The translations under genes were made by a program, and so were the position numbers. The notes under the pieces are model-generated. The model saw only the letters and a program-made list of their open reading frames with translations, ran no database searches and was not told the origin of the DNA. Shown one piece after another: positions 22,149-32,435 of a stretch of 64,000 bases of DNA (position 1 is the stretch's first letter; every line of letters starts with the position of its first letter). This DNA is from Hyaloraphidium curvatum SAG 235-1. Taxonomy: Eukaryota > Fungi > Monoblepharomycota. The stretch covers positions 372,001 to 436,000 of the forward strand of contig JAIVFI010000040.1 in the NCBI GenBank assembly GCA_025558095.1, given 5' to 3'.

Positions 22149-24509
22149 ATGGACTCTGATGTGCGGGATGCCGGAGTCGGCGATGCCGCGTCGGAGGGTG
22201 CGGAGGGGCCTTCCAACCCCGCAGCGGATCTGGCTCCGGTCCCCGCCGCACGCGACGTTGCGACGCTGGCCACGCTGCCGGCCGAGCTGCTGCCGCCCAT
22301 CTTTGCCCGCGCAATGTGGCCGCCGCTGAGACGGGCCTGCCGCGCGCTGTGGGCCGCCTCGCGGTCGGCCGATGCCCGCGCCGGCTGGATCGTGGCCGTC
22401 AAGGGCGGCGTGCGCTTCGTCTTTTCTCCGGGTGCGCCCGGCGGGACCGCATTTGGTGCGGCGCTGCGCTGCCACCCGCTGCTGGACGACCCCGTCGTGC
22501 TCGATCGGTTGCTGCGCCTGGGCGCCCCGCTAGCCCCGCCCGTGCTCGCCGACGCCGTGCTGGCCGGCCGACGCAGGATGGTCAGCTGGTTCCTCGACAC
22601 GTACGGCGTGCAGGGGCCGCCGCCGGACATGGCGCTCATCGAGCGCCTCGCCGGCCACTTCAGGCGCCTGGCCGTGCCCGCCGACCCCGATTTTGCCCAG
22701 GACGCCGACCCGGAACCGCTGCCGCTGGCCGATGACCCGGACCCGGCGCACGATTCGGACGCCGACCACCTGGTATCGCCCCGCTTCCTCTGCTCCCTCG
22801 TCACGCTGCGTGCCGCCGCCGCCGACGACGTGCGCACGATGCTTCTCCTCTTCCTCCACCCGATCCTCCGCCACGCTTTCCCCGGCGGGCCCGCCCGCGG
22901 CATGCGCATGGACCTGACCGACCCGCTCCTCGCCTGCGGGCGCCGCGGCTCCCTCGCCTGCCTGGAGCTCCTCCTCGCCCTTACCCTCCCCGGCCCCAAC
23001 CTCCCCCGCGAGCTCGCCCACCTCTCCGCGCACTTCTTCCTCCCCGAACCCGCGCTGCAATCCGCCCTCCGCGCCGCCTGCGCGCGGGACCGCCCCGCCG
23101 CCGCCGCGCGGCTCCTCGCCGCCGGCGCCGACCCCAACTCCGACCTCGGCGGGACCGACAACCCGCCCCTCTCGCACGCCTCGTGGCGCGGGCACGCGCG
23201 GTGCGCCCTGGCCCTGCTACGGCACGGCGCCCGCCCGGATCCGCTCAGCCTGTTCCTCGCCAGCTCGCGGGGGCACGTGGCGTGCATGCGGCACATCATC
23301 GCGCACGGCGGGCGCGCGGGGGAGGACCTGCTGTGGTACGCGGGGAGTAGGGGCGAGGAGGGGGTGGTAAGGTTCCTGGTGGGAGAGTGCAGGGTGCCCG
23401 TCGAGGGGTGCGCGGGGATGTGGAGGGTGGGCGGGAGAGCGGACGTGGCGTCGTGGGTGGAGGGGATCGCGAGGCAGGAGGGGGGCAAGGGCATGGGGAG
23501 GCTTGTGGGGGCCGAGGCGGCGGTGCCGGATTCGGCGACGAGGAGGAGGAGCGGGGAAGGGGCGGTGCCGCTGGACGCCATCATCGATTCGCTGGTGCCG
23601 GATGCGCCGAGCGGGGTGCCGAGCGGGATGTTCGATCCGGGGAGGCACAGCGGATGGTTCGGCGGTGGTTACGGCAGTCTGGCTCCGGTGCCGCACCAAC
23701 CCGTCGCCGGGCCTTCCGGGATCTCGTCGGTTTCGGCGTCGGTATCTGTGTCGGCCTCGTCATCGGCGGCTACGTCGGCGTCTTCGTCGACTTCCTCAAG
23801 CCCTGCACCGTCGCTCGCACCGAGTGCACAGCGCCCGGCGGCCTCCAACGCCACCGCCGCCGCCGGCCTCCCACCCCTCCCCTCCTCTTCTTCGATCACC
23901 CCCTCCGTCCTCGCCCAAACGCACCCTCACCTCGCCCCCGCCGCCGTCACCACCGTCTCCCTCAGCGTCACTGAATCCGGCCCCGTCTCGGATGGCCCCA
24001 AGGTGATGGTCACCGCGCCCACGCCCACCTCGGGCACGCGGCACGAGGAGCCGCCCCCGCCTTCGCCGCGCACGCGCAGGTCGCGCCTCGCGCCGCCCGA
24101 TCCGTCTGGCAGGACGGATGCCGGCGCGAGGATGCACGATGCCGCAGCGGGGGGGAGGAAGCGCGGGTCGGTGGTCTACTACGACGACGAAGGGGACGAG
24201 ATCGTTGCCCCCGAGCCCGCGCCGGCCCCGCGCGCAGCGGAAAAGCCGGCCTGGGGCGCTTGGGAAGACGGCTGGGTGGACGTGAGCGACGAGCCGCCCA
24301 AGGGCCGGTCGGCCAAGGGCAAGGAGAAGGCGGAGCACGAGGCGGCGAGGAAGGACGAGGGGCAGGGGACCAAGAGGCCGGGATCGTGGTGCGAGACCGG
24401 GGCTGGGACGAGGGAGGGGATGAGGAGGAGCGCGAGCTACACCTATGGTGGCGGTGCTGGGCACGCGGCGGGGGGTTGGGCGGGGAAGGACAGCTGGGGT
24501 GGGTGGTAG
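22149..24509 (+). CDS. F-box-like + ankyrin-repeat protein with a low-complexity C-terminus
   Basis: LATLPAELLPPIF (F-box-like); ankyrin units ALRAAC..AARLLAAGADPN, PLSHASWRGHARCALALLRHGA, LFLASSRGHVACMRHII. Confidence 0.75.
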   Translation: MDSDVRDAGVGDAASEGAEGPSNPAADLAPVPAARDVATLATLPAELLPPIFARAMWPPLRRACRALWAASRSADARAGWIVAVKGGVRFVFSPGAPGGTAFGAALRCHPLLDDPVVLDRLLRLGAPLAPPVLADAVLAGRRRMVSWFLDTYGVQGPPPDMALIERLAGHFRRLAVPADPDFAQDADPEPLPLADDPDPAHDSDADHLVSPRFLCSLVTLRAAAADDVRTMLLLFLHPILRHAFPGGPARGMRMDLTDPLLACGRRGSLACLELLLALTLPGPNLPRELAHLSAHFFLPEPALQSALRAACARDRPAAAARLLAAGADPNSDLGGTDNPPLSHASWRGHARCALALLRHGARPDPLSLFLASSRGHVACMRHIIAHGGRAGEDLLWYAGSRGEEGVVRFLVGECRVPVEGCAGMWRVGGRADVASWVEGIARQEGGKGMGRLVGAEAAVPDSATRRRSGEGAVPLDAIIDSLVPDAPSGVPSGMFDPGRHSGWFGGGYGSLAPVPHQPVAGPSGISSVSASVSVSASSSAATSASSSTSSSPAPSLAPSAQRPAASNATAAAGLPPLPSSSSITPSVLAQTHPHLAPAAVTTVSLSVTESGPVSDGPKVMVTAPTPTSGTRHEEPPPPSPRTRRSRLAPPDPSGRTDAGARMHDAAAGGRKRGSVVYYDDEGDEIVAPEPAPAPRAAEKPAWGAWEDGWVDVSDEPPKGRSAKGKEKAEHEAARKDEGQGTKRPGSWCETGAGTREGMRRSASYTYGGGAGHAAGGWAGKDSWGGW

Positions 24510-24958
24510 GCGGCGAGAGGCGGTGGGGCGCGACTTTCGGCATTAGAGCGGATTCGTGGCATGGATTTTGGAATCCCCGTCGCATAGTCCAGCTGCAGTT
24601 CAGTTTGCCCTCCCGACGAGCGTCCAGGATGTCGGCACCGGCGTGACGATGTGCTGAGGACCCGTCGAGGTGAGGTGCTGTGCCGCTGCGCCACATCCTC
24701 CCGCCCCCTTTCCCAGAGGAAGTCCACAAACGGAACGGAGACTGACGGAGCGGAAGTCATCCGCGGCGCAGCATGGACGGTACCATATAGTCCGGAGGCC
24801 ATCGACTCGTCGAGAAATATCAAACCAACGCACACGGGATCTACAGTTCGTCGCCTCCCTCAAGGCGCAGCGAGCGCCCATCCCGCCCGACCACAGAAAG
24901 CGGTCGCCCACCCAACATTCCCGTTCCTGTACAGCGCATACCGCACGCGCGCCCTAAA

Positions 24959-25624
24959 ATGCTGCTCCTCGCCGTTTTCCTCTGCGTCGCTGCCGCCGCC
25001 GGCGCCGCGGCCGACTCCATCGTGGTTCCCGTGCGCGTGTCTCCCAACACGCCATACCTCTTCACGCCGTCCGCCGCATCCGGTTACTGCGCCTCCTTTG
25101 CCTTCAACATGCCAGCCAACGCCTCGGGCCGCATCCGGGTGGCCTGGGCGCCGGCGGTCGCCGGCGCCGTGACGATCGCGTGGGGCGACACCGTCCCCGC
25201 CACGAACGGCACGCCGAGCACGCCGTGCCGCACGCCCGACTCGAAGGTGGACAAGATCTCGGCGTCGTCGGTACCGGTGGAACCCGTGACGGGCAACGGC
25301 ACCGGCTCCCAGATAATCGAGACGACTTTGGACTGTTATCTCGCCCCCGCAACCATCTTTGTCTCGTTCGCCACGCAATGGGACGTGCCCAACCCGAACC
25401 TGTTGAACTCGACCACGCCCCGCACACTGAGCTTCAACCTCACGACGGAGGCGCCGCGCAACCCGTGCCTGCAGTTCGCAGGCACGAGCACGACGTCGAC
25501 ATCCGCGACGGCCACGGCGACGGCCACGGCGACCAGCTCCAGACCGGCGGCGGCCGGCAGGATGGGATTCAGCGTGTGGACTGTTGCCCTGGGTGCCGCG
25601 TTGGCCGTTGCATCCCTGGCCTGA
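24959..25624 (+). CDS. Secreted, probably GPI-anchored protein
   Basis: Signal peptide MLLLAVFLCVAAAAGAAA, several NxS/T sites, T/A-rich spacer and a hydrophobic C-terminal tail after SSRPAAAGR. Confidence 0.8.
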   Translation: MLLLAVFLCVAAAAGAAADSIVVPVRVSPNTPYLFTPSAASGYCASFAFNMPANASGRIRVAWAPAVAGAVTIAWGDTVPATNGTPSTPCRTPDSKVDKISASSVPVEPVTGNGTGSQIIETTLDCYLAPATIFVSFATQWDVPNPNLLNSTTPRTLSFNLTTEAPRNPCLQFAGTSTTSTSATATATATATSSRPAAAGRMGFSVWTVALGAALAVASLA

Positions 25625-25685
25625 TTGATTCTATGCCGAAATTGTATGCGAGGCAAACGTGGTATTGCTTATCTATCCATCGTCC

Positions 25686-28253
25686 TCAGTCGCCAGCAGC
25701 AGCAGCTTCAACAGCATCCTCCATGTTTGAGTGGAAGAAGCGCCCCGCGAGGGGCGCCGCGGCCTCGATCACGTCCTCCGCCGACGTCGGCTCGCCCTCA
25801 TGCACATCTTCCCCGTGCACTGCTGAAGCCTGCAGATCGCCTGCAGACCCAGCTCCAGGAAGTTGGTCCATCGCCGTCCCTGCCTCCATGTCCGTCCGCG
25901 CCTGCGCCTCCTCCTCCACCTGCCCCTCCCTCCGACCGAACCGCAGCACGGGCACGGCCCTCCACAAGCGGAAGCTCGCGCCCCCCTTTCCATCCTTCCC
26001 ACCAGCCACCTCCATCTCCGGCCTCTCCGGCACCTTCTCCATCCTCCGCTCCTCCACCACCGGCACCGGGACCTGCGCCGCGACCAACCCCGCCCGCACG
26101 AGCACCCTCCTCACCCTCCTCCTCGCATGCACAAAGTGCATCCGCGCGCCCGGCGGGCCGGCGCGGCGGGAAGCGTCGGCGAGGAGGTCCAGGAGCGCCT
26201 GTGCGCCGGTGGAGTCGACGGCGTTGACGGCGGAGAGGTCGAGGATGATCGCGCGGAGGGCGGGGAGATCGGGCTGCTCGTACGAAGGGGAGGGGAGCGG
26301 TGCGGGGGATGGCGAAGGGGAGGGAGCGACGGCGGTGGAGACGAGGGAGGCGGCGCCGGAGCTGCGCCGGGAGTCCGGGGCATCGGGGGGTGCCGGCACG
26401 CAGAGAGATCCGTCGTCCGGGTCCTTGGTTCCGGGCACTTCGCTCTTGGAGTCCGAGTCGGCGACCACCACCTCGATCTCCGGCATCCCCGCCCCGCCGG
26501 CCCGCGCCGCCGCGTTCCACTCCGCCACGATCGGCCCCACCATGCCCGCAAACTCCCCGTCGACCTCCCACCGCCTGGCTTTGCCGCCGTACCCCTCCCA
26601 CTTCCTCCCCCTCGCCGCCCTCCCCCCGACCTCGCCCTCCCGGGGCGCCAGGTCCCTCGTGCACGCGACCACGGCGTCCCACACCTCCCCGCGGATCCGC
26701 TCCGAGTTGGCGTACACCAGCGACTCCTCCGGCCGGAACACCAGGATGCCCGGCGGCGGCGCCCCGGCCTGCGTGCGCTCGCGGGCCGAGATCCATTCCC
26801 CCGTCGCCGAGTCGCGGACGAGGATCGAATACGGCGGGAAGGCCAGCCGGAGGAGGAGGAAAGCGAGGGCAAGGAGGATGGAGACCTGTACGGCGAGCTC
26901 GATGGTCATGATCACGCAGAGGAGGACGGTCACGAGGGTGACGGTGAAATCGGCGGGGCTGATGCGCCACAGACGGACGAAGAAAGCGGGGGGGCTGACG
27001 AGCTCGGTGATCCCGTGCATGATGACCGCCGCGAGCGTCGAAATGGGTATCCAGTAGAACACGGGTCCGAGGACAAAGGCGGCGAGGAGCACGATGCAGC
27101 CCGCGAGGATCCCGCTGAGGGGCGTGCGCACCCCGGCCTGGCTGTTGATGGCCGTGCGGGAGTAGCTCCCCGTCACCGGAAACGAGCCGAAGAAGCTGCC
27201 GGCGACGTTTACCGCCCCGACGGCGAGCGATTCCTGGCTCGGCGAGATCCGGTACCCGTTGATGCGCGCGAAGGATTTGCCGACCGAGATGTGCTCGAGC
27301 AGGGCGAGCAGCACGATGACCGGGACGCCGGAGAGGGCGGCGGAGGCGATCGCAGGATCGGAGAGCGGCGGCGGGCCGACGGTGGAGAAACCGGTCGGGA
27401 CGCGCATGAGAATGCCCATGGCGGGGGAAGCGGGGGTGGCGCGGTTGATGAGCCACGAGATAAAGGTGGCGACGAGCACGACGAGGGCGAAGCGGGCGAC
27501 GCCGAGGAACCACCAGAACAGGCTGCGCTTGGCGTACCGGCGCGCGGCGTACTTGGTGCTCACCAGCGCCGCGGCGGAGACCAGGCCAAAGACGCAATCC
27601 ACCCAGTTTGCCGTGCCGATGTTGCGGAAGATGCTGACGACGACCTGGTAGGTGTTTGCGCGGTTGCTGACGCCGTTGATCCCGAAGAGGGCCGGGATCT
27701 GGGAGATGACGACCGTCACGGCGCCCCCCGTGGTGAAGCCCGCGACCACCGGGCCCGGGAGGAACTCGAGGACGAACCCCAGGCGGAGCAGGCCGATGCC
27801 GAGCATCACGATACCGGCGAGGAGCGCCATGGTCGTGGCCACGGCGACGTTCATCTGCGTCGACCCGCTCGGGTTGACCCGCGCGAGGATCTGCCCCGTC
27901 GCGAGGGCGTTGACGGCCGTGGGGCCGATGGTGAGGTCTTTGGAGGTGGCGAAAAGGAAGTAGAGCAGCACGCCGGCGAAGGACGAGTAGAGCCCGTACT
28001 CCGGGGGCAGCCCGGCCAACCTCGCCAGGGCCAGACATTGGGGAACGACAAAGAGGCCGATCGTGAATCCGGCGGTGGCGTCGCCGAGCGCCCACTGCGC
28101 ATCGTAGCGCGGCAGCCACGCCGCGAACGGGAAGAGGGCGGAGAGGTACCGCGCCGTGCGGCTGGGCAGCGACCGGGCGAACCGCGACAGGTCGTCCCGC
28201 GTCCACGCGTCCCGCTCGTCGTCCTCCGCTGCGGAGCCCTCTGTGCCGCCCAT
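25686..28253 (-). CDS. SulP/SLC26 sulfate permease with STAS domain, intronless
   Basis: GDATAGFTIGLFVVPQ, PPEYGLYSSF, FATSKDLTIGPTA, TGSYSRTAINSQAGVRTPL; STAS IILDLSAVNAVDSTG. Confidence 0.93.
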   Translation of the reverse strand: MGGTEGSAAEDDERDAWTRDDLSRFARSLPSRTARYLSALFPFAAWLPRYDAQWALGDATAGFTIGLFVVPQCLALARLAGLPPEYGLYSSFAGVLLYFLFATSKDLTIGPTAVNALATGQILARVNPSGSTQMNVAVATTMALLAGIVMLGIGLLRLGFVLEFLPGPVVAGFTTGGAVTVVISQIPALFGINGVSNRANTYQVVVSIFRNIGTANWVDCVFGLVSAAALVSTKYAARRYAKRSLFWWFLGVARFALVVLVATFISWLINRATPASPAMGILMRVPTGFSTVGPPPLSDPAIASAALSGVPVIVLLALLEHISVGKSFARINGYRISPSQESLAVGAVNVAGSFFGSFPVTGSYSRTAINSQAGVRTPLSGILAGCIVLLAAFVLGPVFYWIPISTLAAVIMHGITELVSPPAFFVRLWRISPADFTVTLVTVLLCVIMTIELAVQVSILLALAFLLLRLAFPPYSILVRDSATGEWISARERTQAGAPPPGILVFRPEESLVYANSERIRGEVWDAVVACTRDLAPREGEVGGRAARGRKWEGYGGKARRWEVDGEFAGMVGPIVAEWNAAARAGGAGMPEIEVVVADSDSKSEVPGTKDPDDGSLCVPAPPDAPDSRRSSGAASLVSTAVAPSPSPSPAPLPSPSYEQPDLPALRAIILDLSAVNAVDSTGAQALLDLLADASRRAGPPGARMHFVHARRRVRRVLVRAGLVAAQVPVPVVEERRMEKVPERPEMEVAGGKDGKGGASFRLWRAVPVLRFGRREGQVEEEAQARTDMEAGTAMDQLPGAGSAGDLQASAVHGEDVHEGEPTSAEDVIEAAAPLAGRFFHSNMEDAVEAAAAGD

Positions 28254-28490
28254 TGCCGCGATCTGCGGTGCCGGTGGCCGGGCGGCGGTGCCCCTGCGCT
28301 GGGCGCTGCAGCGTGCAGCCTTCGACTCCGATTTCGATCCCGGTCGGGCGCGCCGCCTCAAGCATTGATAAATACAGACTGCGACAAGCAGCCACTCGAC
28401 AAGCAGCTGCTCCGCTGCCGCGGAGTTACCCCGCTGCCTCGGCGGGCTTTGCCACAGCGGGCGGCCCGCGGTAACTCCGACCGCTTCTCC

Positions 28491-29413
28491 ATGGAGCCGC
28501 CGCCAACACCGTCGGGGCGCCCTCCGCCGCCCGCGGGTCCCGGCCGGCCCGGCACAGCCGCGCTGTCGCTGCTGCAGGGCGCGTCGGGCCTCGCGTTCGC
28601 CGCCTTTGCCGCCGCGCACTTTGCGGGCCACCTCTGCGTGCCCTTTGCGCGCTCGATCGCCGACGCCGACGCGGCGGTCGCGATGCTGAGGTGCGCCGGC
28701 CCCCCCGTGGCGCGTGGCATCCGCTGAACGGAGGCTGGGCGGCAGGCGCTTCTACCAGCACCCGCTGCTCGAGCCCGCCCTCGTGCCGCTGGCGCTGTCG
28801 GTGCACGTGGGCGCCGGCGCCGCCCTGGCGAGCCGCAGATGGCCGGCCGACAAGATCGCCCCCGACGGAGGACCCCAGCCCAGCGCACGCGCGATCGACG
28901 CGTGGTCACGCGAGCGCCAGCGCGCCTCGGGATGGCTGCTCGCCCTCCTCGTCCCCTTCCACGCCGCAGGCAGCCGCGGCGTGGCGCTGGCGCTCTTCGA
29001 CGATCCCAAGCGGATGGGTGGGCCCCTTTTCGCTGGGTCTCACTCGGCCGCGACCAACTGTTCCCAACCCGCCAGGCTACGTCTACCCCCTCTCCTACAT
29101 GTCCCGCCTCCCCGCACTCCTCCTCCCCGCATTCTCCTCCGTTTTCCTCCTGCTCGCCTTTCCGGGCGCGTACCACCTCTCGCACGGCGTCCGCCTCGCA
29201 CTGGCCTCCCTCCGCGCGCGGTTCCCGTCGATGAGGGCGCTCCCCCAACCGAACGACATAGCGTCGACGTGGACGGCAAGGGTGCTAGCGTTCGGGACCG
29301 CGGGGGCGCTGCTCACGATGCTGGGATGGGCAAGGGGCTGGTTCGGCCTGCTGGACGCCCGGACGGCGGAGGGCGTGGCGTACGTCTCGGAGCGCCTACC
29401 GCTCCCTTTCTAG
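28491..29413 (+). CDS. Mcp1/DUF1691-like multi-pass membrane protein
   Basis: LQGASGLAFAAFAAAHF, spliced LRRFYQHPLLEP..SVHVGAG, QRASGWLL..FH, YHLSHG: His-containing TM helices typical of the family. Two introns. Confidence 0.65.
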
Positions 29414-29427
29414 TGCCGGCAAACACG

Positions 29428-30874
29428 CTACTTGGGTTCGAATGCGCCCACGTTGAACATGACCTTGACCGCCCCTACGTCCTTGTCCCGACCGGCGCGG
29501 TCGCAGTGCTCGAACTCCTCGTTCCCCTTGGACAGGTCCGAGATGCGGTGCGAGACGAAATGCTTGCAGTCTGTCCGCCGGTCGGCCTGCAGCTTGAGCG
29601 CGTCACCGTAGCAGTTGACCTCCCTGTCTGGAACCCCGATCAGACAGGCCAGCAGGTCCGCGGCGGGCGACCCACAGGCGAAGCAGCCCCTCAAATCGAT
29701 CTCCTTGTGCGAAATCTCCAGCATCGGCGTCGCCGGGCTCGTCGAGCCCATCCCCACGACCGCCACGACACCCCTCGGCTTCACGATCCTGACGGCCGCC
29801 GCGAGCGTCGACGGGAAGCTGGCGGCATCCAAGACCACGTCCACGACCCCGTTGGCAAAGGCACCGCGGGCTTTTTCAGCCAGGGCGGGGAGATCGTTGG
29901 CCAAAGCCTGGTCGATCGCGAGGCCGCCGATCTTCTGCTGCGATTCGGAGGGGTCGATCACGCCCTCGGGCGGCCTGTAGTCCCTCGCCGTCTCCATCCT
30001 GGCCCTGCTGAGATCCGCCGCGATTATCTGCTTCGGCGGGATCCCCAAGGCGAGCAGGCACGCGACCACCGCCAGCCCGACGGGGCCGCAGCCCAGCACC
30101 ACGACGTTCGACTTCTTGCCCTCGGGGGAGTCCAGCCCGGCGCGCCGGCACGCGTTCAGGCCGACGGCGAGGGGCTCGTTGTACGCGGCTTCCTCGTCCG
30201 AGACGTGGTCCGGGATCGGGTAGCAGAGGGCGGCGGGGTGGTTCGCGAACCTGGGAAGGGTGGATCAGCGGCTGTGTCGCAGGGTCGCCGGCGGACCCAC
30301 TTGACGAGGAGCCCGTAGTACGTGTAGCTGCAGGGTGTTACGTGCAGATAGCGAGGAGAAGGAAGCAGGAGGGAAAACGAATGGAGAAGATTCAGATGGA
30401 AAGAGGCAAGTGCCGGGGCAACCACTCACGGATGAAGCGCCACCCTGCCACCTTCACGTTCGTCAACCCCGGCCCAACCTTCAGCACCCGCCCCGATGCT
30501 TCATGACCCATCACGACTCCTAGCGGGATATCCAGCCCTCCCCATTGCCCGTCGTGCCAGCAGTGAAGATCGCTCCCGCAGATGCCGCAGAACGACACGG
30601 CCACCTGCACCTCGCCCTTCTTCGGCTCCAGAGGATACGCCCGGGCTTCGGCGCGCAGGTCGTGCTTCCCGTGCAGCACGTGCTTCCCGTGCAGCACGAT
30701 GGCCCAGTTTTTGGGCGTGGGGCCGTCGGCGCCGGCGTTGGCGACGAACGGGCCGGGGGGGAGGATCGCCGTCGACGGGTTGTCGGGGGCGCCGAGGCGG
30801 ACGTCTGCGTGTGGGATCGTCAGCACGCGAAGAATGGAAGGGAGAAGGAGGTACGGACAGTCCGCGAGCTCCAT
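29428..30874 (-). pseudogene. Zn-dependent polyol (sorbitol-type) dehydrogenase, apparently disrupted
   Basis: CGICGSDLH, MGHEASG, EPLAVG, VVVLGCGPVG. An apparent frameshift near 30448 (expected VKVGDRVAL reads AAG GTG GC AGG GTG GCG CTT), no Cys4 structural-zinc lobe, and an 18-bp duplication at 30661-30696. Confidence 0.7.
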
Positions 30875-30956
30875 TTTCGAATGCGGATTCTGGGCGGGAG
30901 ACGGTCGACCTTTTGAGAGCCCGCGTTCCGCTCCGGGCCGCCACACTCCGGGAGCG

Positions 30957-32347
30957 ATGGAACACGAGCGGTCGAAGCAGCTATACGAGGAGGCGAAGCA
31001 CCATTTGGCGGGCGGCGTGTCGTCCAACGTGCGCTATGCCTCGGTGCCGGTGCCGCTGTTCTTTGCCCGCGGCGAGGGCGCCAGGTTGACGGACGAGGTG
31101 CGTTTCCAGGCGTGCCGCGCTTTCGTCGTATGGAGCTAATTTTGCTTCAGGACGGGAACGTGTTCATCGACTACATCCTCGGCAACGGGCCCGCCCTCCT
31201 CGGCCACGCACCCCCGCGCGTGCTCGCCGCCGTGGCCGACTCTCTCGCGGACGGGCAGACCTTCGGAGGTCAGCACCGCCGTGAGCTCGAGCTTTCCCGC
31301 AGGATCACGGAGATCGTCCCGTCGGCGGAGCTGGTGCGGTTCGCGAGCTCGGGGACCGAGGCCGTGCAGATGGCGCTGCGGATCGCGAGGGCGTTCACGG
31401 GGAGGCGCAAGATCGTCAAGTTCGAGGGCGGGTACCACGGCTGGATGGACAGCGTGTACGTGTCCAACCGCATCGGCGACCATTCGGGGCCGGTGGAGGC
31501 GCCGAACACCGTGCCGGACACGCCGGGTGCTGCGCCCGGTGCGTCGGCCGACACCGTCGTGGCGAGTTGGAACTCGATCGACCACCTGCGCGCCGCGTTC
31601 GACGCCCACCCCGGCGAGATCGCGGCCGTCATCATGGAGCCGATGATGGTCAACGCGGGCGTCGTGCTCCCTCTGCCGGGCTACCTCGAAGCCGCCAAGC
31701 AGCTCTGCCACGAAAGGGGGGCGCTGTTCATTCTCGACGAGGTGATCACGGGTTTCCGGCTCGGCCTGCGTGGCGCGCAGGGCAGGTTCGGGGTGAAGCC
31801 GGACATGTCGGTGTTTGCAAAGGCCGTCGCGGCCGGGTTCCCGCTCGCCCTCGTCGCGGGCCGCCGCGACGTGATGGAGATCCTCCACAAGGGGGTGATG
31901 CACGGGGGTACCTACAACGGCAACGTGCAGAGCATGGCCGCCGGCCTGGCGACGCTGGACATCCTCACCGAGGACGACGGCGCGGTGTACAGGGAGATGG
32001 AGGCCCGCGGGACCGAGCTCATGGACGGCCTTAAAGCGCTGGCCGCCAAGCACGGCCTGGAGGTGCAGGTCAACGGCGTGCCGACCATGTTCCAGACGAT
32101 ATTCTGCAAGGAGACGCCGCGCAACGCCCGCGAGACGGCCGCGGGGAACGCCGACCCGAGGACGGTCGCCCTGCATGCCGCGCTGCAGAAGAGGGGGGTG
32201 AGGGTGACCACCAAGTGCTCGTGGTTCTTCAGCGCCGCGCACGACTCAAAGGTCGTGGCGGAGACGCTGAGGGCTGCGGACGGGGCCATGGAGGAGGTGG
32301 CGGCGATGGGGAAGGTGGCCAACGGGGCAAACGGACATGCCCACTGA
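30957..32347 (+). CDS. Class III PLP aminotransferase, glutamate-1-semialdehyde aminomutase-like
   Basis: GGVSSNVR, DGNVFIDY..GNGPALLGH, VRFASSGTEA, KFEGGYHG, FILDEVITGFR, PDMSVFAKA (PLP Lys), HGGTYNGN. One intron at 31098-31150. Confidence 0.92.
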
Positions 32348-32435
32348 TGAGGGTCTTTTGCGGGACAACAGTTTGTGGATTGCACTGGTACCTTTGGATC
32401 AGTGCTTGGATCATGTTTCCTTGGAGAAGATGGAG

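Noticed and set aside
25180-28727. Very long overlapping ORFs (e.g. 25863..28727 +, also 38780..40903 - and 58000..60285 +)
   Set aside because: Antisense or alternate-frame shadows of GC3-rich genes; R/G/P/A-rich with no motifs.
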